64,000 nucleotides of DNA from Lytechinus pictus (Eukaryota): NCBI RefSeq assembly GCF_037042905.1, contig NC_087252.1, forward strand, positions 22,818,001 through 22,882,000, written 5' to 3'. A program made the position numbers and the translations under genes. Of the stretch, positions 37,429-49,400 are shown piece after piece (within the stretch, counting starts at the first letter, position 1; each line of letters opens with the position of its first letter). The notes below the pieces were generated by a model. The model made no database searches and was not told the origin of the DNA. It worked only from the letters and a program-made list of their open reading frames with translations.

Positions 37429-40400
37429 GTAAGCATTTCGAAAGTCTTATGATTTTATTGTAGTGTGACATAAAGGTATATACAGTGGCGTACCGTGGGT
37501 CACGGCATGGGGGGGGGGGGGGGGAGGGCACCAGCAAAATTTTTGAGTCATTAAGTGGGTGCACGAAGCGCGCTCAAATGCCAGGTATACTGACCTAATA
37601 GAAACATTTTCAGGACTGTGCCATTGAACGGATATGTATATCACTGATCAAATAATGCGAGCGCGAAGCGCGAGCTGAAAATTTTTGATATTCAGTCCTA
37701 AAAAGGGACATTATAAGCAAAGTTTCGTAATCATGATACGTACCTGTCTCACAAAACAAACAATGCAAGCACGAAGCGCGAGCTGAAATTTTTTGTACAA
37801 ATTGACCCTAAAAAGGGAAATTTTAAGGACTATCTTTTGGAATTCATGAAGTGCGTACGTATCTCATCATAGTCATCTAATGCGAGCGCCAAGCACTTGC
37901 TGATTTTGTTAGAATTACACCTAAACACATGAAGCACTTTTTGTAGTCATTGTAATCATGAACATGATACGTATCTCACCAATGAAATATTGCGGGCGAG
38001 AAGCGCGAGCTGACAATTTTTGAAATTCAGACCTGAAGAGGGGCATTCTATGGCTTGTTTGTAGGAATTTACTATTTCACTAACCAAGTGATGCGATCGC
38101 GAAGCGCGAGCTGAAAATTTGTTATATTCAGACCAGAAAAGGGGACATTTAACATTGTTTAAAGGACTGTCTTTAGGAATTCGTGCACTGCAAAAACGCC
38201 GGTGTTGATTTAATACTAGCCCGGTATCTATATCGGTCCACACCAGAGAAGCGTTGAAACAACGCCAGTTAAGAATCAAACCGATGTTGGTTTAACACTA
38301 ATTGGTGTTGCTTAAATTCCAAAGTGGTGTTAGCCTAACGCCAAACCGGTGTTGTTCCAACACCTCTCTGGTATGGACCAATATAGATACCAGGCTGTTG
38401 TTAAATTAACACCGGCATTTTTGCAGTGTGAAGAGCAGACATATCTCACAGTCTACTAATGCGAACGTAAGCACAGACTGGAAATGTCTTATGTTAGGGC
38501 CTTAAAAGAGGGCAATCACTTCAAGTATATAGTCATGAAAAGAGCATATGTCACTATATCAAACAATGATAACTTGAAGTGCGAGGAGATATATTTGGTG
38601 CATAATTTATATGGACTTAAAATACAACAGGACTATATATCTCATTAGTCAGACAATGCGAGCACCAGGTATGATGAACACATAAGCCCAATATAGGTCC
38701 TGAGCAAATTATGTTTCATTAAGTTACGGAAAAAAATATTTCTTACGTAATATAATATATAATATAACATACAATAATTTCCTCTTCCCCACTACGTTTC
38801 TCTTTTTTTTCTCCCTCTTTTTCTCCCTTTCCTCGTTTTTTTAGCCAGCCGATGGGGGGGGGGGGGGGGGGGGGGGCACGTGCCCCTCATGCCCCCCGTA
38901 GTTACGCCACTGGGTAAATATCATTATTAAAATAAACCAACATTACTATATAACCATGTTCACAACGACAATACAATTTCCTTATAGTTTCTAATACGGT
39001 TTAGATTAGCATTATCGACAACGAAGGAGGAGAAGAAGAAGAAGAAGAAGAAGAAGTAGAAGAAAAGAGGAATTATGATGAGAATGGTAATATTCATGAG
39101 GACGACGATGATGACGGTGATGACGATGATGATTCATGATGATGATGACGAAGATGATAATAATGACGACGATGATGATGATGATCCGGTGGTGATAACG
39201 ATAATGACCAAGTTGACAGTGACGACGACGACAGAAATCATGTTGATAATTATCTTTGGTCTAGTCATAATCACAGCAGCTTTTGAGATTTAATACAATC
39301 CTCTCACGCGAAACATTCCAAGTGGCTATCTGACTTCGCTTTTAACATCCTTTTGTTGCCATAGTTACGGTCTCCTCGGACCTAGCGGATGCGGGAAGAC
39401 CACACTCCTCCGATGTTGCTTGGGCCAATTGAGCAAAGACAGCGGTTTGGTACTGACCCTTGGTCGACCACCACTTACTCGAGGACACGGCATCCCAGGC
39501 AGTCGTGTTGGCTACATGCCCCAGGCAGGTCAAAGTTCAAAGTTCAAAGATAGAAGTTCAATTTATTTTGTTTTCAGGTCACTAATTAACATATTAGGTA
39601 ATGCATGTTAATGAAGGGGCGGGGGGGGGGGGGGCTGAGCCAAATGACGGCTACAGTGAGCATCCACAGGTCCCAGGCGCGGATCCAAGATTTCGTGGGG
39701 AGGGGGGCCCAAATTTGACCTGATTTTTGGCGCCCATGTGTACTTTTCGAAAAATGGCGCCCCCTCCCTCCCGGTCAGGCTAACTTAAATGCCTGAAATG
39801 TATTTTGAATTATCTTATTACATAATCACATTAAAAAAAAGGCAATTAAAGACCAATTTTTTAATGTGTTCTTGAAAAAAAAAATCCATGAATATATAAT
39901 GTAATATCAATGGGATCGCGAAGCGCGAGCGATTTTTGGGGGTCTCAATTTGGTTTAACTTCTCACCAGAGTAGGCCCTACTAGAATATTGTGTGAACGG
40001 GAGCTGTAGTTTCTTTACTAGTTGTTTAGAATAGCCTTCAATAATATCAATGATAACCTCTTGGGAATAATGCAATCTCGAAGCAATCGACTCAATCTCC
40101 TCATCAGTGGCGAAGCTGTGATTTAGTCAGCAGGGTTGCACGGAGGGGGGGGGGGGCTTGTTGAACTTTTGTAGAGGGCACCAAGATAAAAAAAATAAAA
40201 TAAAATGGGGGGGGGGGGGTTGAAGTTAAAGAAATTCCGAAATTTTATTCTTAAAAACACATTGAGGTATCTCATAAGGCCTAAATAAATAATGATAACG
40301 CGAAGCGCGATATATTTGACATAATATTTGGAAAATAATATTATATTTTACCATAATCCCTTTCCTTTTCTCTCTTTTTTTTCTTGGTCGTGATTTTTTT

Positions 40401-43400
40401 TTTTTTGAGGTGGCAAACCGCCCATGTCCTAACAGTCATTTCCTAGCTTTACTTTATAAACAACATTAATGTTTAATAATCTCATAAGCCCTATGCGAGA
40501 TAAAAAATAAATTTCATGTATTTTGACCTGAAAATTGAACATTCTGGGCAATGTTTGTGAACCTGAACAAGATGCGTATGTAACTAGATAATTACTACGA
40601 GCGCGAAGCGCGAGCAGAAATTTTTAATGTGCGTTCTGGCCTGGTCGAAAATGGACCTGTTAAGGAAGTTTTGCAGTTAGCCATAAAGACGATACATATT
40701 TCAACGATTAAATAATGCGAGCGCGAAGCGCGAGCTGAACATTTTGATATTCCAACCTAAGAAATTAGATTTCAAACCCCAACGGGACACTCGATTCATG
40801 TTTTGTCACTCATGAAAAATGATGGGTAGTTTTTGGTATCTTCCTACATTAATAATGCGAGCGCAAAGCGCGAGCAGAAAATTTTTGATATTCTGATCTG
40901 AAACTGGATAATTTTAGCAAAGTACTGTGTATATAGGGGATTGTGAAGTGGATGTGGAAAGCACATGATGCGAGCGCGAAGCGCGAGCTGATATTTTATT
41001 ATTATTTTAAACTAGGATAAAAACATTTTAGGCCTAAGGACATTTTGTCATTATATAAAAATGATGCCTATCTTCTATTCCTCTTCCTAAAACTTGTCGA
41101 TATTTTTTTCTGAAAAAGGGACAATTTAGTAGAATTTATAAACAAATTTATTTCATATTTATTAATCTAATAAGCCTAATGATTGCATGAAATTTGTTGA
41201 CAGTGCATGAGGCCTGAAAAACTTAATATTTTATATTTTTTGTAATCATGAACAGGATTCATGGGTTGATACATTTATAGCAAATAATGCGAACGCAAAT
41301 CGCGATCCGAAATTTTTAAATGGAGGGAATTCAAGTAGTTTGTTATAGAATATATAGGTACAGTGGCGTACCATGGGTCACGGCATTGGGGGGGGGGGGC
41401 ACCACCACAAATTTGGTGTCACTTAGGGAGCGCGCTCAGTAGCCAGGTATACTGACTTAATAGAGACATTTTAAGGACATGCAATGCCATTAAACGGATA
41501 AGTATCTCACTGATTAAATAATGCGAGCGCGAAGCGCGAGCTGAAAATTTTTGATATTCAGACCTTAAAGGGACATTATAGGCAATTTTTTTGTAATCGT
41601 GATACGTACCTGTCTCGCTAAACAAACAGTGCGAGCGCGAAGCGCGAGCTGAAATTTTTTCTATATATTGACCCCAAACAGGGACATTTTAAGGACTAAT
41701 TTATTTTGGGTATCCATTAAGAGTATAAATATCTCAGCATAGTCATCTAATGATAGTGCCATCCTTTGCTGATTTTGTTAGAATTACATCTAAACATATG
41801 AAGCACTTTTTGTAGTCATTGTAATCATGATTATCATACGCATCTCACTAATCAAATACTGCGAGCGCGAAGCGCGAGCTGAAAATTTATAAAATTCAGA
41901 CCTGAAGAGGGGCATTCTAAGGCTTGTTTGTAGGAATTCACTAAGTCCTTACGTATTTCACTAACCAAATGATGCGAGCGCGAAGCGCGAGCTGAAAATT
42001 TTTGATATTCAGATCAGAAAAATTCAGAAAAATCTCACCAATCAACTAATGCGAACGTTAGCACGGACAGGAAATGTTTTATATTAAGACCTTAAAATTG
42101 GGCAATCACTTTAAGTAGTCATGAAAAAGAAGCAAATGTCACTACATAAAACAATAATATCTCGAATTGCGAGGAAATATATTTGGTGTATATTGATTTG
42201 AAAACGGGATGTTTTAGTACAACAGGATTATACATCTCGTTAAACAGTCTATGCGAGCACCAGGAACAATGAAGACATAGGCCCTGAGCAAACTGTTTCA
42301 TAAAGTCATGAAAAAAAATGTTTCTTATGTAACATGATTATGATATAATATAACATTATAATAAACAATCATTTCTTTTTACCCCATTACGTTTCTCTTC
42401 CTTTCTCCCTCTTTTTCTCCTTTTCCCCGTTTTTTTTTTTTTTTTTTTTTTTTTTTTGGGGGGGGGGCACGTGCCCCCCATGCCCCCGTAGTTACGCCAC
42501 TGTATAGGTATACAGAACTCACCAATCAAAATGCGAGCGCACAGCGCTAGCTCATAGGCCTTCATTTTTTACAATCGAGACACCTGAAAAGGAATATTTT
42601 GAGAATCTTATATGAATTACACAAAGATAATAGGGTAGGCCTACAACATTTTAAAGTTTCGCTTAATTTCACAAACCAGTTTTATTCACATCCTTGTCGG
42701 TATGCAAATGAGGAGACTGATGACATCACTCACTCACTACTTTTGTATTTTAGTATATGAAATATTCAATTTTTCTCCGTTGTCGTGTGAAACAACGATT
42801 AATTCCTCCCTGAACATGAGCAATTAGCAATGTTTAATACTAAATGGTTCAATCAAGTTGGTCCATATTGTAAAATCTGTAAAAAATGAAATATTGCATA
42901 ATTCTAACAAGAAAAAACAAAGGAATTAGTGAGTGAGGGACATCATCGACTGTCTCATTTGCATGTCACTGAGTTGTGCATATCACTGTTTTGTGAAAAA
43001 TAAGCAAATTTTTAAAATGTCATAATTTGCTTATTTTACATCCGATTTTGATGAAATTTTCAGCATAATGCTTGTTTGACTTTTTCTCTATTTATTCAAA
43101 TCAACATTTTTGGGGGGTGGACTTGTTTTTTAAGAAATGAATGCGAGCGCGAAGCGCTAGCTGAAAACTTTTTAAATGATGAAATGAAAAGGACATTTTC
43201 AGTTGTTAGATTAGAATTTAAAATATTTTCAGATTGTGCTTCTCGTTCGCATAAAAAAAACCTGTGAGGTCGGGATGCGTATATGTATTTATTTATTTCA
43301 AATCTTTTTCCAGAGTAGCCTGTTCAGCTTTATACAAACAAATATGTAAAATTACACAATATATACAATTAAAACGTTCATTGAAAAATCGCTGGTCTTC

Positions 43401-46400
43401 CACAGGGCTCTGCATTAATACCTAAAAACATATCGTATGTAACTATACAGTGATGCGAGCGCGAAGAGCGAGCTCAATTTTTTTTATATACTGACTTAAG
43501 AAGGACTCTTTTAAGGTATAATTCCTATTCTAAAAGTTTTTCCTTTTTCTCTTCGTCTTTTTTTTCTTTTTCTTTCCTTTTTTTGCGCCACCATGGGGGG
43601 GGGGGGGAGGGGCAAAAACTTTGCCCCCTGGATCGGCCTATGTATATTGACTTGAAAAACACTAACATTTTAAGGACTTATGTACGTGTGATCGATGGAG
43701 AGGATACACACCTCACTAATCAAATATTGCGAGCGCGTAGCGCCAACTGAATTTGATATTAACCCCTTTTCTGACCCTGAACAGGATACCTATCTCGCCA
43801 AACTAACTTCAAACTCGAGCACATTGATTTTTGTCTTTTATCGTAAAAACGGGATATTTTAATTCAGCCGCATTAATTTAACCTTTTTGGGCAGGAAATA
43901 AATTTCACTATGAACAGGCAATACGAGCAATGTTGCGCCCCCGGTTGAACATGAATTTGCATGGAGCCCCCTAAGTTCAAGGTCAATTTGGCGCCCTCGG
44001 TTGAACATAAATTTGGCGCCATGTGAAACATCACTTTGCCCTCCCCCTTCTGAAATATGTATTTGTCGCCTTATGGTCAAACATCAAATTAGCGCTCCCC
44101 TAGTTCGAACATCAATTCGGCGCCCCGCTAGTTTGAACATCAATTCGGCGCTCCCCTAGTTTGAACATCAATTTGGCGCCCCTCCCAGTTCAAACATCAA
44201 TTTGGCGCCCCCATCTAGTTCGAAAATTAATTCGCCCCCTCCCCCTTGTTCAAACATCAATTCGGCGCCCCATAGTTCGAACGCCATTTTGGCGCCGCCT
44301 AGTTCTAACATCAATTTTGCGCCCCCCTCGTTCGAACATCATTTTGGCACCCCAAGTTCGAATAGCAATTCGGCGCCCCCTAGTTCGAACATCAAATTGG
44401 CGCCCCTAGTTCGAACATTCAATCGGCGCCCCCGATGTCGAACATACATTTTGCGCCCCTATGTCGAACATAAATTCGGCGCCCCCCCTAGTTCGAGTAT
44501 CAATTCGGCGTCCCTACATGTAGGTCAATTTTAATTCGGTCCCCCCCCCCGGTCGAACATCAATTCGACACCCAGTTCGAACATCATTTTGGCATCCCTT
44601 CGAACTCAATTTGGCTTCCCTAGTTCGAATATCATTTCGCCCCCCTAGCTCGAGTATCATTTTGGCGCCCCCCTAGTTCGAACATCAATTCGGCGCCCCC
44701 CTAGTTTGAGTATCAGTTTGGCGCCCCCTAGCTCGAACATCGATTCACCCTCCCCCCTAGTTCGAGTATCAATTTGGCGCCCCCAGTTCGAACATCATTT
44801 TAACATCCCTTCGAACATCATTTTGGCGCCCTCCTAGATCGAATATCAATTCGGCGCCCCTACATGTAGGTCCAACATCAATTTGGCGCCCCATAGTTCG
44901 AGTATCAATTTGGCGCCCCCTAGTTCCAACATCAATTCTGAGCCCCCCTAGTTCGAGTATCAATTTGGCACCCCCCTAGTTCGAACATCGATTCGGCCCC
45001 CTCCCCCCTAGTTCGAGTATCAATCTGGCGCCCCCAGTTCGAACATCATTTTAACATCCCTTCGAACATCATTTCGGCGCCCACTCTAGTTCGAATATCA
45101 ATTCGGCGCCCCTACATGTAGGTCCAACATCAATTTGGCGCCCCTAGTTCGAATATCATTTCGCCCCCCCCTAGCTCGAGTATCAATTTGGCGCCCCCTA
45201 GTTCCAACATCAATTTGGCGCCCCCTAGTTCCAACATCAATTTGGCGCCCCTACGTCGAACATCAACTCGCCCCCCCCTGTTCGAACATCAATTCGGCCC
45301 CCAGTTCGAACATCATTTTCTTTCCTCCTCTTCCTCTTTTTTTCTTCTCGTCCTTCCCCCTCTTCCTCTCCCCTTTTCTTCTTTTCTTCCCCCCGTTCTC
45401 TCTTTTTTCTTCTCTTCTTTCTTCCCTCTTCCTCTTTCTCCTTTTCCTTTTCCCCTCTTCCTCTCTCTTTTCCCCCCTCTTCTTTCCCCTCTTCCTCTTT
45501 TTTCTCCGCCTCCCTTTTCTTCTCTTCCTTCCCCCTCTTCCTCTTTTTTCTCTTTCTTTCCCCTCTTCTTTTTTCTTCTTTTCTTCCCCTCTTCTTTTTT
45601 CTTCTTTTCTTTCCCCTCTTCTTTTCTTTCCCCTCTCTTTTTTCTTCCCTTCTTTCCTCCCTCTTTCTCTCTCTCCTTTTTCTCCTTTTCTTTTCCCTTC
45701 TTCCGCTTTTTTTCCCCCTCTCCCTCCCTCTCCCTTTTCTTCTCTTCCTCTTTTTTCTCCTTTTCTTTCCTCTTTTTCCTCTCTCTCTTTTTCTTCTCTT
45801 CCTTTCCCCTCTCTCTCTTTTTTTCTCCTTTTCCTTTCCCTCTCTTTTTCCTTCTCTTTCTTTCCCCTTTTCCTCTCCCTTTTCCTTCCCTTCCTTCCCC
45901 CTCTTCCCTTTTTCTTCTTTTCTTTCCCCCTTTCCTCTCTCTTTTTTTCCTCTCTCTTTTTTTCCTCCTTTTCCTTTCCCCCTCTCCCTCTCTCCTTTCC
46001 TCTTTTCTTTCCCCCTTTTCCTCTTTCTTTTTTCTTCCCTTTTTCCCCTTCTTCCTTTCTTCTTTTTTTTCTTTTCTTTCCCCTCTTCCCCTCTTTTTTC
46101 TCTTTCTTTCCCTCTCTTCTTTTTTTTTTTAGCCGAAGGGGGGGGGGGGGGGCCGGGGGGCCAAGGCCCCCTCGGCCCCCCCATGGATCCGCGCCTGACA
46201 GGTCCCACCCCCAGAAGATGACGTCACTGTCATCTCGCGAAAGAATAATATCTCGACATGATTTTTTTCAACTTGATATTTCTTCCAAATGCATACAGGC
46301 AGGATCTTGTCATGAACACTGAATTCAAACTCAAAATATTTTTGCTCCATTTAGGCAGCTCCTTTGAACTACCAAAATGGATCAAAATTACTTTCAGCGT

Positions 46401-49400
46401 GAATTCAGTGTTCATGACAAGAACCTTTATGGATGCATTTGGTAAAAAATAATTCGAATTCTAATTAGAATTAACTTTATTCTAAGATTGTTAAAATGCC
46501 TTATTTATAATTTACGTAATGTCACAGGTATTTTGCGTAAAGAATAGGCTTTTCTCATTATATGAATTATATTATATTAATTGTATTAATGTAATTTTGC
46601 ATAACGTGATATTTCTTCCAAATGCGTCGTTACAGGAACGCAACACTTACGGTGAACGCAAAGCCAAAGTAATGATGATGTAAATTTTGAGACTGTTTAA
46701 GTAACTTCCTTGACATAATGTAACTGGCATATCCTGATAATCGATATCATTTTCTATCTTGACATTAAAAAAAAATACACTCACACAGGATCTTGCCCTG
46801 TATGGTGAATTCACAATCAAAGAAATGTTGATCTACTTCGCCACCTTACACAAGATGAGCCGGAAGGATGCCAATGCCAGGATCGATTTCTTATTGGATC
46901 TTCTTAACCTGCCCTTTAGGAACAGAATGGTAGCATATCTCAGGTAAACTATAACATATTTTCTTTCTTTCGCCTGCCAATACACACACATTACTGACAT
47001 ATATGATGGTGGTGGTCGTGGAGGGGGGGGGGGGGGGGGATGGGAGGTGAGCATCGAGGAGCAGCCCCACTGATCTCTGACCTATATACTATAGTATACA
47101 GTTCAGTGGGCACCCCCTGGTTTACAACCGAGATCAAATTAAAGATTAAAATGATACGAAATGAAAGGGTGCAATATCAAACATTTTCTGGATGTTGTAA
47201 TAAAATCTGTCACAAACATAGATTTTAATTATAAACAAAGTCAATATCTACTCGCTTGGATTGATTTCTCGCAACTTTTTAGATTTTTTCCTGTACACCA
47301 CTGCATGTCTTCCCGTCAAATTCTTTGACCCATAATGCCACTGCCGGACACGTCAGTACGCCAGCAGGGGATCCAGGGGGAGGGGTGGCCCCATCATTTT
47401 TGGCGGGTTAGAGTGACGTAATTTCTCTTTCAAAGGCACCCCGTAAAATGTCAAACAAAATAAAAATTGTTATTACTATCGTTATAATAATTATTATGGT
47501 AGTTTGATTTTATATCATTATCCTTTTTTTATTACCACTATTTTATTGTCTATGTCAAGAATATCTTTTCCTTTTCCATTTTAGTGGGGGTCAGAAGAGG
47601 AGAGTGTCCTTTGCTGTAGCCTTGATCCAGTCGCCTGAACTTCTTATTCTAGATGAACCAACTGTCGGGGTTGACCCACTTCTTCGACAGAAGTAAGTTG
47701 ATGATAAAGCCAGAATTGAGCGTGTGTGATGGTGTGTGTTTGTGTGTGTATGTGTGTGTTAGAGAGAGAGAGAGGGGGGAGAAAGGGTGTGTGTGTGGGG
47801 GGAGGGGTGGGGGAATGCAGTAATATAACTTTTTTTGGGAGGGGGGTGGCAAGGATAAGACAAATTTCGCTTGTACTGTAAACTCGTTATTCAGGAGCCG
47901 AAAGCAGACGGGGGGGGGGGGGCAAATGAAAACACAGCAATGATTATAATGATGATGATGTTGAACGATAGTCTACCGATGTTTCCTCCGTGCCCCCTGA
48001 CTACGCTGTAATAATGGTGATGATTCAACAATTAATGATTACAAGTCTGTTTTGTATGATCAGCCTATATAAGTGTTGTAAACAATTGAACAAAATACAT
48101 ACATTTTGTTTGCAGGATTTGGGAGTATCTACTACAATTTGCACAGACTGGACAAACGACCATCATTCTCACTACACATTACATCGAGGAGGCCAGAAAT
48201 GCTGACGTGGTATGATAAAATTCTCTTTCCATAGTGATTTTTTTGTTTTTGTTTATAGATTCTAAGTTTCCAGATAATTTGTTTCGAAATAAAAAAAAAA
48301 GCATACAAAATATTGAAAGCGTCGAGCATAATGTAAACAGGATATGGCGCCATTGTCAATTATGTCTACGTTCTTGACGGTCTAAATGACATGAATATTT
48401 ACTTAAAGGCCCTTATTTTGAAGTCAGGTATAACTTGGGCCATGGTTTAGCTTTGTGATGAAATTATGGGAAGCCGAATAAATTAAAAATACATTGTATG
48501 TTTCTATTGTTTACCATGTAATTTTTCACGCTTTAATGGCGAAGAAAACTGGTTTAATTATCATTCCCTAACAGCTGTGGATAAATTGGCCGCCAAATGT
48601 GCTGAAAATCGATCCTTTACGGTTTAAAGAGACGCATGTCACATAATTGCAATGGTTTTCTATAGTTAAGCCACAATTTTATATTAGGGTTTAAATTGAA
48701 CCCGAGTCCAAAATATGGACCAGAGACGTAAAAGACAATTTGGATGAATTCAAAGTCGGTATTGACATTATGGTGTTGGTCTTAATTCATTATTTTACTG
48801 CAGCATAGCACCAAATTAACTAAAATAAGGAAGTTTGTCTGGGGAAAAATCTCAGTAGGTACGGAGCTGTCAATTCAATGACTTTATAAACCCATATTGG
48901 GTTTTAGAGCCAGGAAAGGTTATTTTATCTGTGCTTCCAATTAACGCCAACACCATCACCTCCAACACCAAATTTGAAATCACCCATTGTAAGGTAAATT
49001 CCTAGCTATAACAAGCCCATCTCCGCCTTCTATTCCGCCTTATGCTTTTGCTACCAAATTATATCAGTTATGATATTTTGTTATTTGTAGTCTCTTATTT
49101 GTGTTTCAATTTTATTTGCTAGGCTTTACTGAAAAACAAATTCATGTAATATAGTAAAAAAAAAAAATGACTGCATTACTGATAAAGTTAAACACTTAAA
49201 GTATCTGATGTTTTACTCCTCAACAAACCATACTGAAGTTGAAAACGTCCTTTTTTTTCTGTTTTACCGCAGGTTGGGCTGATGAGGAACGGGAAACTCC
49301 TGGCCGAGGAAGATCCCCAAGTCCTGATAAGCACTTACAACTTCCCGGTACTGCTCCGTCATGAATGTACCGTTCAAAATTCTAATAGTACAAACAATGA

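Larger units (their letters stand above)
39674..46197. mobile_element. 6.5-kb composite non-autonomous DNA transposon, TIR CAGGCGCGGATCCA, 8-bp TSD ACAGGTCC
   Basis: acaggtcc|caggcgcggatcca ... tggatccgcgcctg|acaggtcc; no transposase ORF seen. Confidence 0.85.

Noticed and set aside
37555..43750. CRISPR-like repeat-spacer appearance of the GCGAGCGCGAAGCGCGAGC array
   Set aside because: Eukaryotic intron, no cas genes, irregular long spacers that are partly homologous to each other, and bounded by transposon TIR/TSD.
44075..45318. CRISPR-like ~28-bp repeats and ORFs 44161-44534
   Set aside because: Head-to-tail minisatellite without unique spacers.
45135..46322. Long ORFs (395, 314 and 323 aa) rich in F/L/S/P or K/R/E/G
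   Set aside because: Artefacts of a stop-free polypyrimidine tract inside an intronic transposon.
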